Shown: positions 1 to 14,780, counted from the stretch's first letter. The stretch: 64,000 nt of DNA from the human T2T-CHM13v2.0 reference genome, Homo sapiens (GCF_009914755.1 NC_060939.1), one strand, 5' to 3'. Made by a program: numbers and translations. Notes: a model not told the origin generated them from the sequence alone.

Positions 1-379
1 AAACAGTAAGGTCAAGTTGTTTGGACAAAAAGGCTACAGGATGCGATCCTGGTCCTTATGTAAGAATTCCAACTGCACAGCCCTGCACTTCAGCTGTGTG
101 GAATGAAAAGGGTTGGGATGAGTCAGGGAGAGCTAGAGTGGGGCAGTTTCTAAAGCTGTCTTCAAGGAACGGAAAGAGGAGTGGGGAAAGGATTTAGGAT
201 CTATGGGGTCAGCTAGGTTTCCTTTTGTGAGCTTATATAATGGTTTTGTTAGGATGGCAAAACCAGGTATCCAAAGGTGAAAGTATCCAACCATGCCCAG
301 GAAGGAAAGGAGTTGTTGTTTTGTAGAAGGGGTTGGGGTTTGAGAGATCAGTCGGACATGATTGGCAGGGAGAGCACGT

Positions 380-914
380 GTGTTTTTATGAGAATTATGC
401 CAAGATAGGTAACAGATGAGGAAGAAATTTGGGCTTGATTGAAGTAATGGGGGCTGTCTGTGAAGCTTTGCGGCAGTACAGCCTAGGTAATTTGCTGAGC
501 TTGATGGGTGTCAGGGTCAGTCCAAGTGAAAGCGAAGAGAGGCTGGGATTAAGGATGCAAAGGAATAGTAAAGAAAGCATGTTTGAGATCTAGAACAGAA
601 TAATGGGTTGTAGAGGCAGGTACTGAGGATAGGAGAGTATATGGGTTTGGCACCATGGGGTGGATAGGCAAAACAATTTTGTTGATAAGGTGCAGATCCT
701 GAACTAACTTGTAAGGCTTGTCTGGTTTTAGGACAGGTAAAATGGGGGAATTGTAAGGAGAGTTTATAGGTTCTAAAAGGCTATGTTGTAGCAGGCGAGT
801 GATAACAGGCTTTAATCTTTTTAAAGCATGCTTCGGGGTGGAATATTGGCACTGAGTGGGGTAAGGGTGATTAGGTTTTAATGAGATGGTAAGGGGTGCA
901 TGATCGGTTGCCAA
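380..914 (-). pseudogene. HERV-H reverse transcriptase fragment, defective (stop after PLHP; YxDD region deleted)
   Basis: ORF 549-914 contains YNSPILPV..KPD..YKLVQDL..INK..YSVLDLKHAFF; downstream reads AVLPQSFTDSPHYFNQAQISSSSVTYLGIIL, jumping from the LPQ motif to the QI..VTYLG motif. Confidence 0.9.
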
Positions 915-1066
915 GGAGGGAGTAGTCGTATCTTATACTTGTGGGTTAAGGTGGGGGATACAAGAGGAGGATGCAAAGGAGGCTTTGGATTGGGAAGAAG
1001 GGAGGCAATGAGATATAGCTGTAGTCCAGGAATAGTCAGGGAAGCAGATAATTTAGTTAAAGTGTC

Positions 1067-1321
1067 TCAGCCTAATAAGGGAACTGGGCAGGTGGGGATA
1101 ACTAAAAAGGAGTGCTTAAAAGAGTATTGTCTAAGTTGGCACCAGAGTTGGGGAGTTTTAAGAGGTTTAGAAGCCTGGCCGTCAATACCCACAACAGTTA
1201 TGGAGGCAAAGGAAACAGGCCCTTGAAAAGAAGGTAATGTGTAGTGGGTAGCCTCCATATTGATTAAGAAGGGGACGGGCTTACCTTCCACTGTGAGAGT
1301 TACCCAAAGCTCGGCATCCAT
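1067..1321 (-). pseudogene. HERV-H protease remnant
   Basis: VTLTVEGKPVPFLINMEATHYTL...PTCPVPLLG; the catalytic DTGA is degenerate (NMEA). Confidence 0.85.
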
Positions 1322-1471
1322 GATGGTCTAGGGGGCTTCTGAGGCGATCGGACACTGTCAGTCTTCAGCCGCTAAGCCGAGAAGATCTGGGAAGGAGTCA
1401 GTCAGAGAGCCTTGGGCCAGAGTTCCAGGGGCTCTGGGAGTGGCTGCCAGGTAAGTTGAACAGTCCGATTT

Positions 1472-1708
1472 TCAGTGGGGTCCCACACAGGTGGGACGCA
1501 GCTTAGGAGGAATCCCAGGCTGCGGGCATTCCTTGGCCCAGTGGCCAGATTTCCAGCACGTGTAGCAAGCTCCTGTGGGAGGAGGTTCTGGAGGAATGCC
1601 TGGCCGCTGCACTTCAGGTGTTTGGAAGTTCTTATGTGCTGGAGATGTGGCTGGGGTTTGTCTCGCAGTGGAGGCAAGGAATTGCAACTTTTTTCTATTA
1701 TTGTACAC
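1472..1708 (-). pseudogene. HERV-H gag nucleocapsid fragment
   Basis: CCHC zinc knuckle CYTCWKSGHWAKEC. Confidence 0.9.
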
Positions 1709-2849
1709 CTTGAAGGCGAGGTTAATTAAATCCTCTTGTGGGGTTTCAGGGCCGGAATTTAATTTTTGGAGCTTTATTTAATGACGGGAGCAGATTGGGT
1801 AATAAAATGTATTTTGAGAATAAGACGGCCTTTTGACCTTTTAGGGTCTAGGGCTGTAAAGTGTCTCAGGATTGCTGCCAAACAAGTCATGAACTGTACT
1901 GGATTTTTTTTTTTTTATTTTATTATTATACTTTAAGTTTTAGGGTACATGTGCACAATGTGCAGGTTAGTTACATATGTATACATGTGCCATGCTGGTG
2001 CGCTGCACCCACTAACTCGTCATCTAGCATTAGGTATATCTCCCAATGCTATCTCTCCCCCCTCCCCTCACCCCACAACAGTCCCCAGAGTGTGATGTTC
2101 CCCTTCCTGTGTCCATGTGATCTCATTGTTCAATTCACACCTATGAGTGAGAATATGCGGAGTTTGGTTTTTTGTTCTTGCGATAGTTTACTGAGAATGA
2201 TGATTTCCAATTTCATCCATGTCCCTACAAAGGACATGAACTCATCATTTTTTATGGCTGCATAGTATTCCATGGTGTATATGTGCCACATTTTCTTTTA
2301 TTTATTTATTTATTTATTTATTTTTTTTTTTTTTTTTTTTTTAATTGATAATTCTTGGGTGTTTCTCACAGAGGGGGATTTGGCAGGGTCATGGGACAAT
2401 AGTGGAGGGAAGGTCAGCAGATAAACAAGTGAACAAAGGTCTCTGGTTTTCCTAGGCAGAGGACCCTGCGGCCTTCCGCAGTGTTTGTGTCCCTGGTTAC
2501 TTGAGATTAGGGATTGGTGATGACTCTTAACGAGCATGCTGCCTTCAAGCATCTGTTTAACAAAGCACATCTTGCACCGCCCTTAATCCATTTAACTCTG
2601 AGTGGACGCAGCACATGTTTCAGAGAGCACAGGGTTGGGGGTAAGGTCACAGATCAACAGGATCCCAAGGCAGAGGAATTTTTCTTAGTGCAGAACAAAA
2701 TGAAAAGTCTCCCATGTCTACTTCCTTCCACACAGACACAGCAACCATCCGATCTCTCAATCTTTTCCCCACCTTTCCCGCCTTTCTATTCCACAAAGCC
2801 GCCATTGTCATCCTGGCCCGTTCTCAATGAGCTATTGGGCACACCTCCC

Positions 2850-4690
2850 AGACGGGGTGGTGGCCGGGCAGAGGGGCTCCTCACTTCCCAGTAGGGGCGG
2901 CCGGGCAGAGGCGCCCCTCACCTCCTGGACGGGGCGGCTGGCCGGGCAGGGGGGCTGACCCCCCCCACCTCCCTCCCGGACGGGGCGGCTGGCCGGGCGG
3001 GGGGCTGAACCCCCCACCTCCCTCCCGGACGGGGCGGCTGGCCGGGCAGAGGGGCTCCTCACTTCCCAGTAGGGGCGGCTGGGCAGAGGCGCCCCTCACC
3101 TCCCGGACGGGGCGGCTGGCCGGGCGGGGGGGCTGACCCCCCCACCTCCCTCCCGGACGGGGCGGCTGGCCGGGCGGGGGGCTGACCCCCCCCACCTCCC
3201 TCCCGGACGGGGCGGCTGGCCGGGCAGAGGGGCTCCTCACTTCCCAGTAGGGGCGGCCGGGCAGAGGCGCCCCTCACCTCCCGGACGGGGTGGCTGGCCG
3301 GGCAGGGGGGCTGACCCCCCCCACCTCCCTCCCGGACGGGGCGGCTGGCCGGGTGGGGCGCTGACCCCCCCACCTCCCTCCCGGACGGGGCGGCTGGCCG
3401 GGCGGGGGGCCGACCCCCCCACCTCCCTCCCGGACGGGGCGGCTGGCCGGGCAGAGGGGCTCCTCACTTCCCAGTAGGGGCGGCCGGGCAGAGGCGCCCC
3501 TCACCTCCCAGACAGGGCGGCTGGCCGGGCGGAGGGCTGACCCCCCCACCTCCCTCCCGGACGGGGCGGCTGGCCAGGCGGGGGGCTGACTCCCCCACCT
3601 CCCTCCCGGACGGGGTGGCTGGCTGGGTGGGGGGGCTGACCCCCCCATCTCCCTCCCGGACGGGGTGGCTGGCCGGGCTGAGGGGCTCCTCACTTCCCAG
3701 TAGGGGCGGCCAGGCAGAGGCGCCCCTCACCTCCTGGACGGGGCAGCTGGCCGGGCAGGGGGCTGACCCCCCAACCTCCCTCCCGGACGGGGCGGCTGGC
3801 CGGGCGGGGGGCCGACCCCCCACCTCCCTCCCAGATGGGGCGGCTGGCCGGGCGGGGGGCCGACCCCCCCACCTCCCTCCCGGACGGGGTGGCTGGCCAG
3901 GCGGGGGGCTGACCCCCCCACCTCCCTCCCGGACGGGGCGGCTGGCCGGGTGGGGGGGCTGACCCCCCCATCTCCCTCCCGGACGGGGTGGCTGGCCAGG
4001 CTGAGGGGCTCCTCACTTCCCAGTAGGGGCGGCCGGGCAGAGGCGCCCCTCACCTCCCGGACGGGGCGGCTGGCCGGGCGGGGGGCTGACCCCCCCACCT
4101 CCCTCCCGGACGGGGCGGCTGGCCGGGCGGGGGGCCGACCCCCCACCTCCCTCCCGGATGGGGCGGCTGGCCGGGCGGGGGGCTGACCCCCCCCCCACCT
4201 CCCTCCCGGACGGGGTGGCTGCCGGGCGGAGACGCTCCTCACTTCCCAGATGGGGTGGCTGCCGGGCGGAGAGGCTCCTCACTTCTCAGACGGGGCAGCT
4301 GCCGGGCGGAGGGGCTCCTCACTTCTCAGACGGGGTGGTTGCCAGGCAGAGGGTCTCCTCACTTCTCAGACGGGGCAGCCGGGCAGAGACGCTCCTCACC
4401 TCCCACACGGGGTCTCGCCGGGCAGAGGCGCTCCTCACATCCCAGATGGGGCGGCGGGGCAGAGGCGCTCCCCACATCTCAGACGATGGGCGGCCGGGCA
4501 GAGACGCTCCTCACTTCCTAGATGTGATGGCGGCTGGGAAGAGGCGCTCCTCACTTCCTAGATGGGATGGCGGCTGGGCGGAGACGCTCCTCACTTTCCA
4601 GACTGGGCAGCCAGGCAGAGGGGCTCCTCACATCCCAGACGATGGGTGGCCAGGCAGAGACACTCCTCACTTCCCAGACGGGGTGGTGGC
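2850..4690 (-). repeat. SVA VNTR (about 1.85 kb, units of about 35-50 bp)
   Basis: Repeated units such as CCTCCCTCCCGGACGGGGCGGCTGGCCGGGCGGGGGGCTGACCCCCC and CTCACTTCCCAGTAGGGGCGGCCGGGCAGAGGCGCCCCTCAC. Confidence 0.95.
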
Positions 4691-5065
4691 CGGGCAGAGG
4701 CTGCAATCTCGGCACTTTGGGAGGCCAAGGCAGGCGGCTGGGAGGTGTAGGTTGTAGTGAGCCGAGATCACGCCACTGCACTCCAGCCTGGGCACCATTG
4801 AGCACTGAGTGAACGAGACTCCGTCTGCAATCCCGGCACCTCGGGAGGCCGAGGTTGGCGGATCACTCGCGGTTAGGGGCTGGAGAACGGCCCGGCCAAC
4901 ACAGCGAAACCCCGTCTCCACCAAAACCAGTCAGGCGTGGCGGCGCATGCCTGCAATCGCAGGCATTCGGCAGACTGAGGCAGGAGAATCAGGCAGGGAG
5001 GTTGCAGTGAGCCGAGATGGCAGCAGTACAGTCCAGCTTCGGCTCCGCATGAGAGGGAGACCATG

Positions 5066-5193
5066 GGGAGACGGAGAGGGAGACGGAGAGGGAGACGGAG
5101 AGGGAGACGGAGAGGGAGAGGGAGAGGGAGAGGGAGAGGGAGAGGGAGAGGGAGAGGGAGAGGGAGAGGGAGAGGGAGAGGGAGAGGGAGAGA
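5066..5193 (-). repeat. SVA hexamer head, about 21 units: (GGAGAC GGAGAG)x4 then (GGAGAG)x13 on the plus strand
   Basis: Read directly from the sequence. Confidence 0.95.
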
Positions 5194-5239
5194 ATGAATA
5201 CTCTTCCTTTATAAACACACAGTCGTGCCACATTTTCTT

Positions 5240-8909
<3,670 letters not shown>

Positions 8910-8972
8910 TATGATGTTAGCTGGTGATTTTGCTCATTAGTTCATGCAGTTTCTTCCTAGCCTTGATGGTCT

Positions 8973-9989
8973 TTACATTTTGGCATGATTTTGAAGCAGC
9001 TGGTATCGGTTTTTCCTTTCCATGTTTAGCACTTCCTTCAGGAGCTCTTTTAGGGCAGGCCTGGTGGTGACAAAATCTCTCAGCATTTGCTTGTCTGTAA
9101 AGTATTTTATTTCTCCTTCATTTATGAAGCTTAGTTTGGCTGGATATGAAATTCTGGGTTGCAAATTCTTTTCTTTAAGAATGTTGAATATTGTCCCCCA
9201 CTCTCTTCTGGCTTGTAGAGTTTCTGCCGAGAGATCCACTCTTAGTCTGATGGGCTTCCCTTTGTGGGTAACCCGACCTTTCTCTCTGGCTGCCCTTAAC
9301 ATTTTTTCCTTCATTTCAACTTTGGTGAATCTGACAATTATGTGTCTTGGAGTTGCTCTTCTCAAGGAGTATCTTTGTGGCGTTCTCTGTATTTCCTGAA
9401 TCTGAATGTTGGCCTGCCTTGCTAGATTTGGGAAGTTCTCCTGGATAATATCCTGCAGAGTGTTTTCCAACTTGGTTGCATTCTCCCCATCACTTTCAGA
9501 TACACCAATCAGACGTAGATTTGGTTTTTTCACATAGTCATATATTTCTTGGAGGCTTTGCTCGTTTCTTTTTATTCTTTTTTCTCTAAACTTCCCTTCT
9601 TACTTCATTTCATTCACTTCATCTTCCATCGCTGATACCCTTTCTTCCAGTTGATTGCATCGGCTCCTGAGGCTTCTGCATTCTTCAGGTAGTTCTCGAG
9701 GCTTGGTTTTCAGCTCCATCAGCTCCTTTAAGCACTTCTCTGTATTGGTTATTCTAGTTATACATTCTTCTAAACTTTTTTCAAAGTTTTCAACTTCTTT
9801 GCCTTTGATTTGAATTTCCTCCCATAGCTCAGAGTAATTTGATCGTCTGAAGCCTTCTTCTCTCAGCTCGTCAAAGTCATTCTCTGTCCAGCTTTGTTCC
9901 ATTGCTGGTGAGGAACTGCGTTCCTTTGGAGGAGGAGAGGCGCTCTGCTTTTTAGAGTTTCCAGTTTTTCTGCTCTGTTTTTTCCCCAT
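8973..9989 (-). pseudogene. L1 ORF1p, full-length frame (338 codons) broken by one in-frame stop
   Basis: MGKKQSRKTGNSK...NEMK-TAA(9600-9602)-EGKF...QNHAKM; ORFs 9600-9989 and 8973-9533 share a frame. Confidence 0.93.
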
Positions 9990-10890
9990 CTTTGTGGTTT
10001 TATCTACTTTTGGTCTTCGATGATGGTGATGTACAGATGGGTTTTTGGTGTGGATGTCCTTTCTGTTTGTTAGTTTTCCTTCTAACAGACAGGACCCTCA
10101 GCTGCGTCTGTTGGAGTACCCGGCCATGTGAGGTGTCAGTCTGCCCCTGCTGGGGGGTGCCTCCCAGTTAAGCTGCTTGGGGGTCAGGGGTCAGGGACCC
10201 ACTTGAGGAGGCAGTCTGCCCGTTCTCAGATCTCCAGCTGCATGCTGGGAGAACCACTGCTCTCTTCAAAGCTGTCAGACTGGGACATTTAAGTCTGCAG
10301 AGGTTACTGCTGTCTTTTTGTTTGTCTGCGCCCTGCCACCAGAGGTGGAGCCTACAGAAGCAGGCAGGCCTCCTTGAGCTGTGGTGAGCTCCACCCAGTT
10401 CAAGCTTGTGGGCTGCTTTGTTTACCTAAGCAAGCCTGGGCAATGGTGGGCACCCCTCCCCCAGTCTCGCTGCCGCCTTGCAGTTTGATCTCAGACTGCT
10501 GTGCTAGCAATCAGTGAGACTCCGTGGGCGTAGGACCCTCCGAGCCAGGTGCAGGATATAATCTCCTGGTGCGCCATTTTTTAAGCCCGTGGGAAAAGCG
10601 CAGTATTCGGGTGGAAGTGACCCGATTTTCCAGGTGCCGTCTGTCACCCCTTTCTTTGACTAGGAAAGGGAACTCCCCGACCCCTTGTGCTTCCCGAGTG
10701 AGGCAATGCCTTGCCCTGCTTCGGCTCGCGCATGGTGCGTGCACCCACTGACTTGCACCCACTGTCTGGCACTCCCTAGTGAGATGAACCCGGTACCTCA
10801 GTTGGAAATGCAGAAATCACCCATCTTCTGCATTGCTCACGCTGGGAGCTGTAGACCAGAGCTGTTCCTATTCAGCCATCTTGGCTCCTC
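9990..10890 (-). promoter_or_regulatory. L1 5'UTR with internal sense promoter (YY1 site CAAGATGGC) and antisense promoter
   Basis: About 900 bp of L1PA 5'UTR upstream of ORF1; promoter activity inferred from family knowledge. Confidence 0.8.
10443..10517 (+). pseudogene. L1 ORF0, truncated
   Basis: MVGTPPPVSLPPCSLISDCCASNQ then TGA at 10515-10517; the frame resumes as VGVGPSEPG... in ORF 10524-10751. Confidence 0.8.
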
Positions 10891-10896
10891 TAAAAT

Positions 10897-12436
10897 CTGG
10901 ATTTTTATATTTGATGAGAAAGAGCCTAAATGCTATCTGATTTGGGATAAAGAAAAAGGAGCATTAACCTTGACTATGCATTTAGCTCCAGCCACCTTTT
11001 TAAGAGTAAATTGCTGGGCAGGACAGGGAGGGCTAGTCATGGAAGGAAACCTTAAGCCGGACCAGGTGTGAGGAGGGGAGGTGATAAAAAGATTATAGGG
11101 TGGAGGAGCAGAGGCTGAGGAAGAATTGGGACCTAGCTTGGCCTGGCGAGGAGCAGCCTGGGGAGGAAGGGAGAGGGTCAGATGGGTCTGTAGAAAAGGA
11201 ATATTAGAAAGACTCAGTGATGCTTGGGGTTGGTACTGAGAGGACAGGCAGGAGGGAAAGAAGGAAGATTTGGGACGAGTTGCACTGGGCACAGAGACTA
11301 GGAAGGGACTGATGTGTAAAAGAATGCCTGGACATCAGGCACCTCAGACCGTTTGCCTATTTTACGACAAGAATTATTTAGATCTTGCGGGATGGAAAAA
11401 TTCAAAGTGCCGTTTTCTGGCTATTTGTAACTACTGTCGAGTTTGTATTGGGGTCAAGCGGCATTGCAGAAGAAAATAAGGCATTTAGGTTTTAGGCCAG
11501 GTGTGAGTTGAAGAGGTTTTAAGTTTTTGAGAACACAGGCCAAGGGAGTAGAAGGAGGAATGGAGGGTGGAAGGTTGCCCATAGTGAAGGAAGCAAGCCT
11601 AGAGAAAAGAGAGAGTAGAGAAACAGAGGGAAGGGGTTCGGGGGTTCTTACCTTCCAGAAAAGTGGGAAAAGGGGTTGGGGTGCAGACATAAGAGGTCAG
11701 GGCATGGAAATAAGGGATGGGGTGCGGAAATAAGGGATTGGGGCGCAGAGATATAAGAGGTTGGGGCGCAGAAATAAGGGATTGGGGCACAGAGATAAGA
11801 GGTTCGGGCGTGGAAATAAGGGATTGGGGGTTCTTGCCCCATAGAAAAGCAGGACTTGCCGCTAGGGGTGAAGGAGAAGGGGTTGAGGGGTACTTGCCCC
11901 TCCCTCAGAAAAGCAGAGAAGGGGTAGAGACAAGGAGAGAAGGGGTTGGGGTACTTGCCCCTTCCCCAGAAAAGCGAGACTTGCCGCTAAGAGTGAAGGA
12001 CCAAAGCAGGCATCCCTCTGTGGTCTGACACCTTTGAAACGTGGGTGAATAATCAGAGAGGTGTCCCTGCAATGATTAAACACCAAGGGAAGGCTGCCTT
12101 CCCAGTCCGTGACCAGCGCCGGAGTTTTGGGTCCACGGATAAAACGTGTCTCCTTTGTCTCTACCAGAAAATGAAAGGAATTGAAATTAAGAGAAGGGAG
12201 AGATTGAAGTGTGGCACCAAGATTGAAAGGAGAAAGAGGTTGAGGGATAGTGAGGGAGGTTGGAGAAGAGAGTAAAAAGAGGCCGCTTACCAGATTTGAA
12301 ATTGGTGAGATGTTTCTTGGGCTGGTCAGTCTGAGTACCTGAGGTTGTAAGTGGATCTTTCTCATGGAGCAAAGAACAGGAGGACAAGGGATTGATCTCC
12401 CAAGGGAGGTCCCCTGATCCGAGTCACGGCACCAAA
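10897..12436 (-). mobile_element. HERV-H internal region: 5' leader, pre-gag and gag 5' part
   Basis: HERV-H leader with tandem AAATAAGGGATTGGGGCGCAG-type repeats (about 11690-11830) and major splice donor TCTG|GTAAGC at 12291/12290. Confidence 0.93.
12417..12434 (-). other. Primer binding site complementary to tRNA-His
   Basis: TGGTGCCGTGACTCGGAT on the minus strand, 2 nt after the LTR; 18 nt complementary to the tRNA-His 3' end. Confidence 0.95.
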
Positions 12437-12890
12437 TTTCATGCGCGTCCGTGTGAAGAGACCACCAAACAGGCTTTGTGTGAGCAATAAAGCTGTTTAT
12501 TTCACCTGGGTGCAGGTGGGCTGAGTCTGAAAAGAGAGTCAGTGAAGGGAGATAAGGGTGGGGCCATTTTATAGGATTTGGGTAGGTAAAGGAAAATTAC
12601 AGTCAAAGGGGGTTTGTTCTCTGGCGGGCAGGAGTGGGGGGTCACAAGGTGCTCAGTGGGGGTGCTTTTTGAGCCAGGATGAGCTAGGAAAAGGACTTTT
12701 ACAAGGTAATGTCATCACTTAAGGCAAGGACTGGCCATTTACACTTCTTTTGTGTTGGAATGTCATCAGTTAAGGTGGGGCAGGGCATATTCACTTCTTT
12801 TGTGATTCTTCAGTTACTTCAGGCCATCTGGGCTTATACGTGCAGGTCACAGGGGATGCAATGGCTTGGCTTGGCCTCAGAGGCCTGACA
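12437..12890 (-). mobile_element. HERV-H 5' LTR (LTR7)
   Basis: Begins TGTCAGGCCTCTGAG, ends GGACGCGCATGAAA; TATAAAA at 12567-12573, AATAAA at 12496-12501. Confidence 0.96.
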
Positions 12891-13498
12891 GTCACTGTGG
12901 AAAACAGTTTAGCCATTCCTCAAAAAGTTAAACATGAAGTTACCATTTGACCCAGAAGTACCTCTCAGTATATAACCAAGAGAAATTAAAACGTGTCCAC
13001 ACAAAAACTTGGACACAAATGTTCATAGCAGTATTATTTATAATAGATAACGTATGGAAAAAACCTAAGTGTCTACCAGTAGATGAATGGATAAACAAAA
13101 GGTGGTATATCCATACAATAGAATATTATTCAGTATTAAAAAAGGATGAAGTACTGATACTTGCCACAACAAGATGGACCTTGAAAACCTTCTCCTGAGT
13201 GAAAGAAGCCAGTCACAAGAGGTCACATATTGTATTACTCCATTTATATGAAACATCCAGAATAGACAAATCTGTAGAGACAGAAAGTAGATGAGTGGTT
13301 TCTGGGGGTAAGGGAAAAGGGGAATAAGGAGTTACTGCTAGTGGGTATGACGTTTCTTTTTGGGATGATGAAAAATGTACTGAATTAGATAATGGTAATG
13401 GTTACACACCTGTTAATATATTAAAACCTTCTGAATTGTACATTTTTAAATGGTGAATTGTGTAGAGTATGTCTCAATTTAAAAAAAAAAAAAAAAAA
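12891..13498 (+). mobile_element. Old L1M (L1MB-like) 3' fragment, host of the HERV-H
   Basis: CACTGTGGAAAACAGTTT...ATGTTCATAGCAGTATTATT...GAAAGAAGCCAGTCACA, followed by an A-tail. Confidence 0.85.
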
Positions 13499-14499
13499 GG
13501 AACAGTTCTAATTTTCGGATTGTCCCCAGCTTTGTGGCTCCGATGGTCTGTAGAGCCAGCCCTGAGTGGGCTGCAATCCTCCCATTTCTCCATTCAGCCT
13601 GTCAGATGCTGCTCCTCTTCAAGGTTCATCCCAACACCCTGTCACCCCTCCACAGCCCACCCTTCCCCACCTCTGCCCACCATGGGGAAGCCTTCTGATT
13701 TCTTGCAGGGGAGCCTTCCCTTGAGGAGTGTAGTGGTTTAAGCCAAAAGCATTCTGGGACACTGAGTTCATCGTACTTTTCTCTCTACTTTTGTATACAT
13801 TTGAAACTTTCCATAATAACAGCAAAAAGGACTCTCCCCTCCAGCCTGCCCGGCACTCAAGCAGCTTGTGTATATCTTCGTAGATAAATGTACATTAATG
13901 ATTGACCTACATGAAGATAAAACAATAAGAAGAATTCCCTCTGCTGGAGTGTAGACCCACACTGCCCTTTTCCCAGCATGGTGGTATCAGGAGAATAGAA
14001 CAGGGCCTATGCCTTCTCTTCTCTAATGATCCTTGGTTTGTAAGTTTTTTCCCCAAGAGACCGTTCCTTTTATATTTTTATTTTTTTAAAGGTAGGTGAG
14101 TTGCCTTTGCAAATCCTTTGCCCATTTTTCCACTGGGATTATTTTTCTTAAAGATTTACAGGAGCTATTTATATATTCTGGATATTGATCTTTTGTTGGG
14201 ACTGCAAATATATTTTTCCCTGTGTGAGGCTTATCTTTAATTTTTAACCATATTTCTAGTGATGTCTTTAAAATGCTCTGACCTTCCGTTACTGTTCTTG
14301 TTATCTGTCAGTTTAAGGCAGGGTCCCATGTAAGAGTCCATCACTGCGCTTCCTGGAAAATCTGCTAGTGATAAAGGAGGCCGAAGTTTGTCTTCCCTCT
14401 TTGCCTTTTCCAGGAAGTGGATTTCATTTCATTCTTCCAGCTCTTATTGCTACCATAGTACAACGGAGTTAAAGGGGCAATCAGAGGCAAGATGACGAC

Positions 14500-14780
14500 T
14501 GCATTGTGAGTCACTGCAAGGACTTTCCCTTCAATTCAGAGTAAGATAAGGAGCCAGGGAGGGCATTGAGCAGAGGAGTAGCTACAGCAGTGGTCTAGGC
14601 AAGAGATGGCAGTGGCTTGGATTGGGGTGATAGAGGTGGAGGTGGTGAGAAATGGTCAGATTTGGGGTGCATATTGAGGATACAGCCAATAGGCCTTGCC
14701 AGTGGATTAGATCAGCAGTGTGAGAGAAAGAAAAGAGACAAGGATATCCCAAGGTTTTTGGCCTAAGTAACTGTGTCTAC
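14500..14780 (-). mobile_element. L2 fragment
   Basis: GGTGGTGAGAAATGGTCAGATT...GTGTGAGAGAAAG...CAAGGTTTTTGGCCT resembles L2. Confidence 0.65.

Larger units (their letters stand above)
1..1908 (-). mobile_element. HERV-H internal region (gag 3' part, pro, pol 5' part); continues beyond window start
   Basis: Minus-strand translations give a gag zinc knuckle, a retropepsin-like segment and RT motifs typical of HERV-H; contiguous with 10897-12436 once the L1 is removed. Confidence 0.95.
2298..5193 (-). mobile_element. Full-length SVA retrotransposon (SVA_E/F-like, tentative)
   Basis: (CCCTCT)n hexamer 5066-5193, Alu-like domain about 4690-5065, GC-rich VNTR about 2850-4690, SINE-R about 2343-2850, poly(A)/(TAAA)n 2298-2342; 15-bp TSD GTGCCACATTTTCTT at 2283-2297 and 5225-5239. 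Confidence 0.97.

Noticed and set aside
2850-4690. Repeat array superficially like CRISPR
   Set aside because: Tandem units without unique spacers, inside an SVA in a primate genome; no cas genes
12417-12434. tRNA-His 3' sequence on the plus strand
   Set aside because: It is the retroviral PBS, not a tRNA gene
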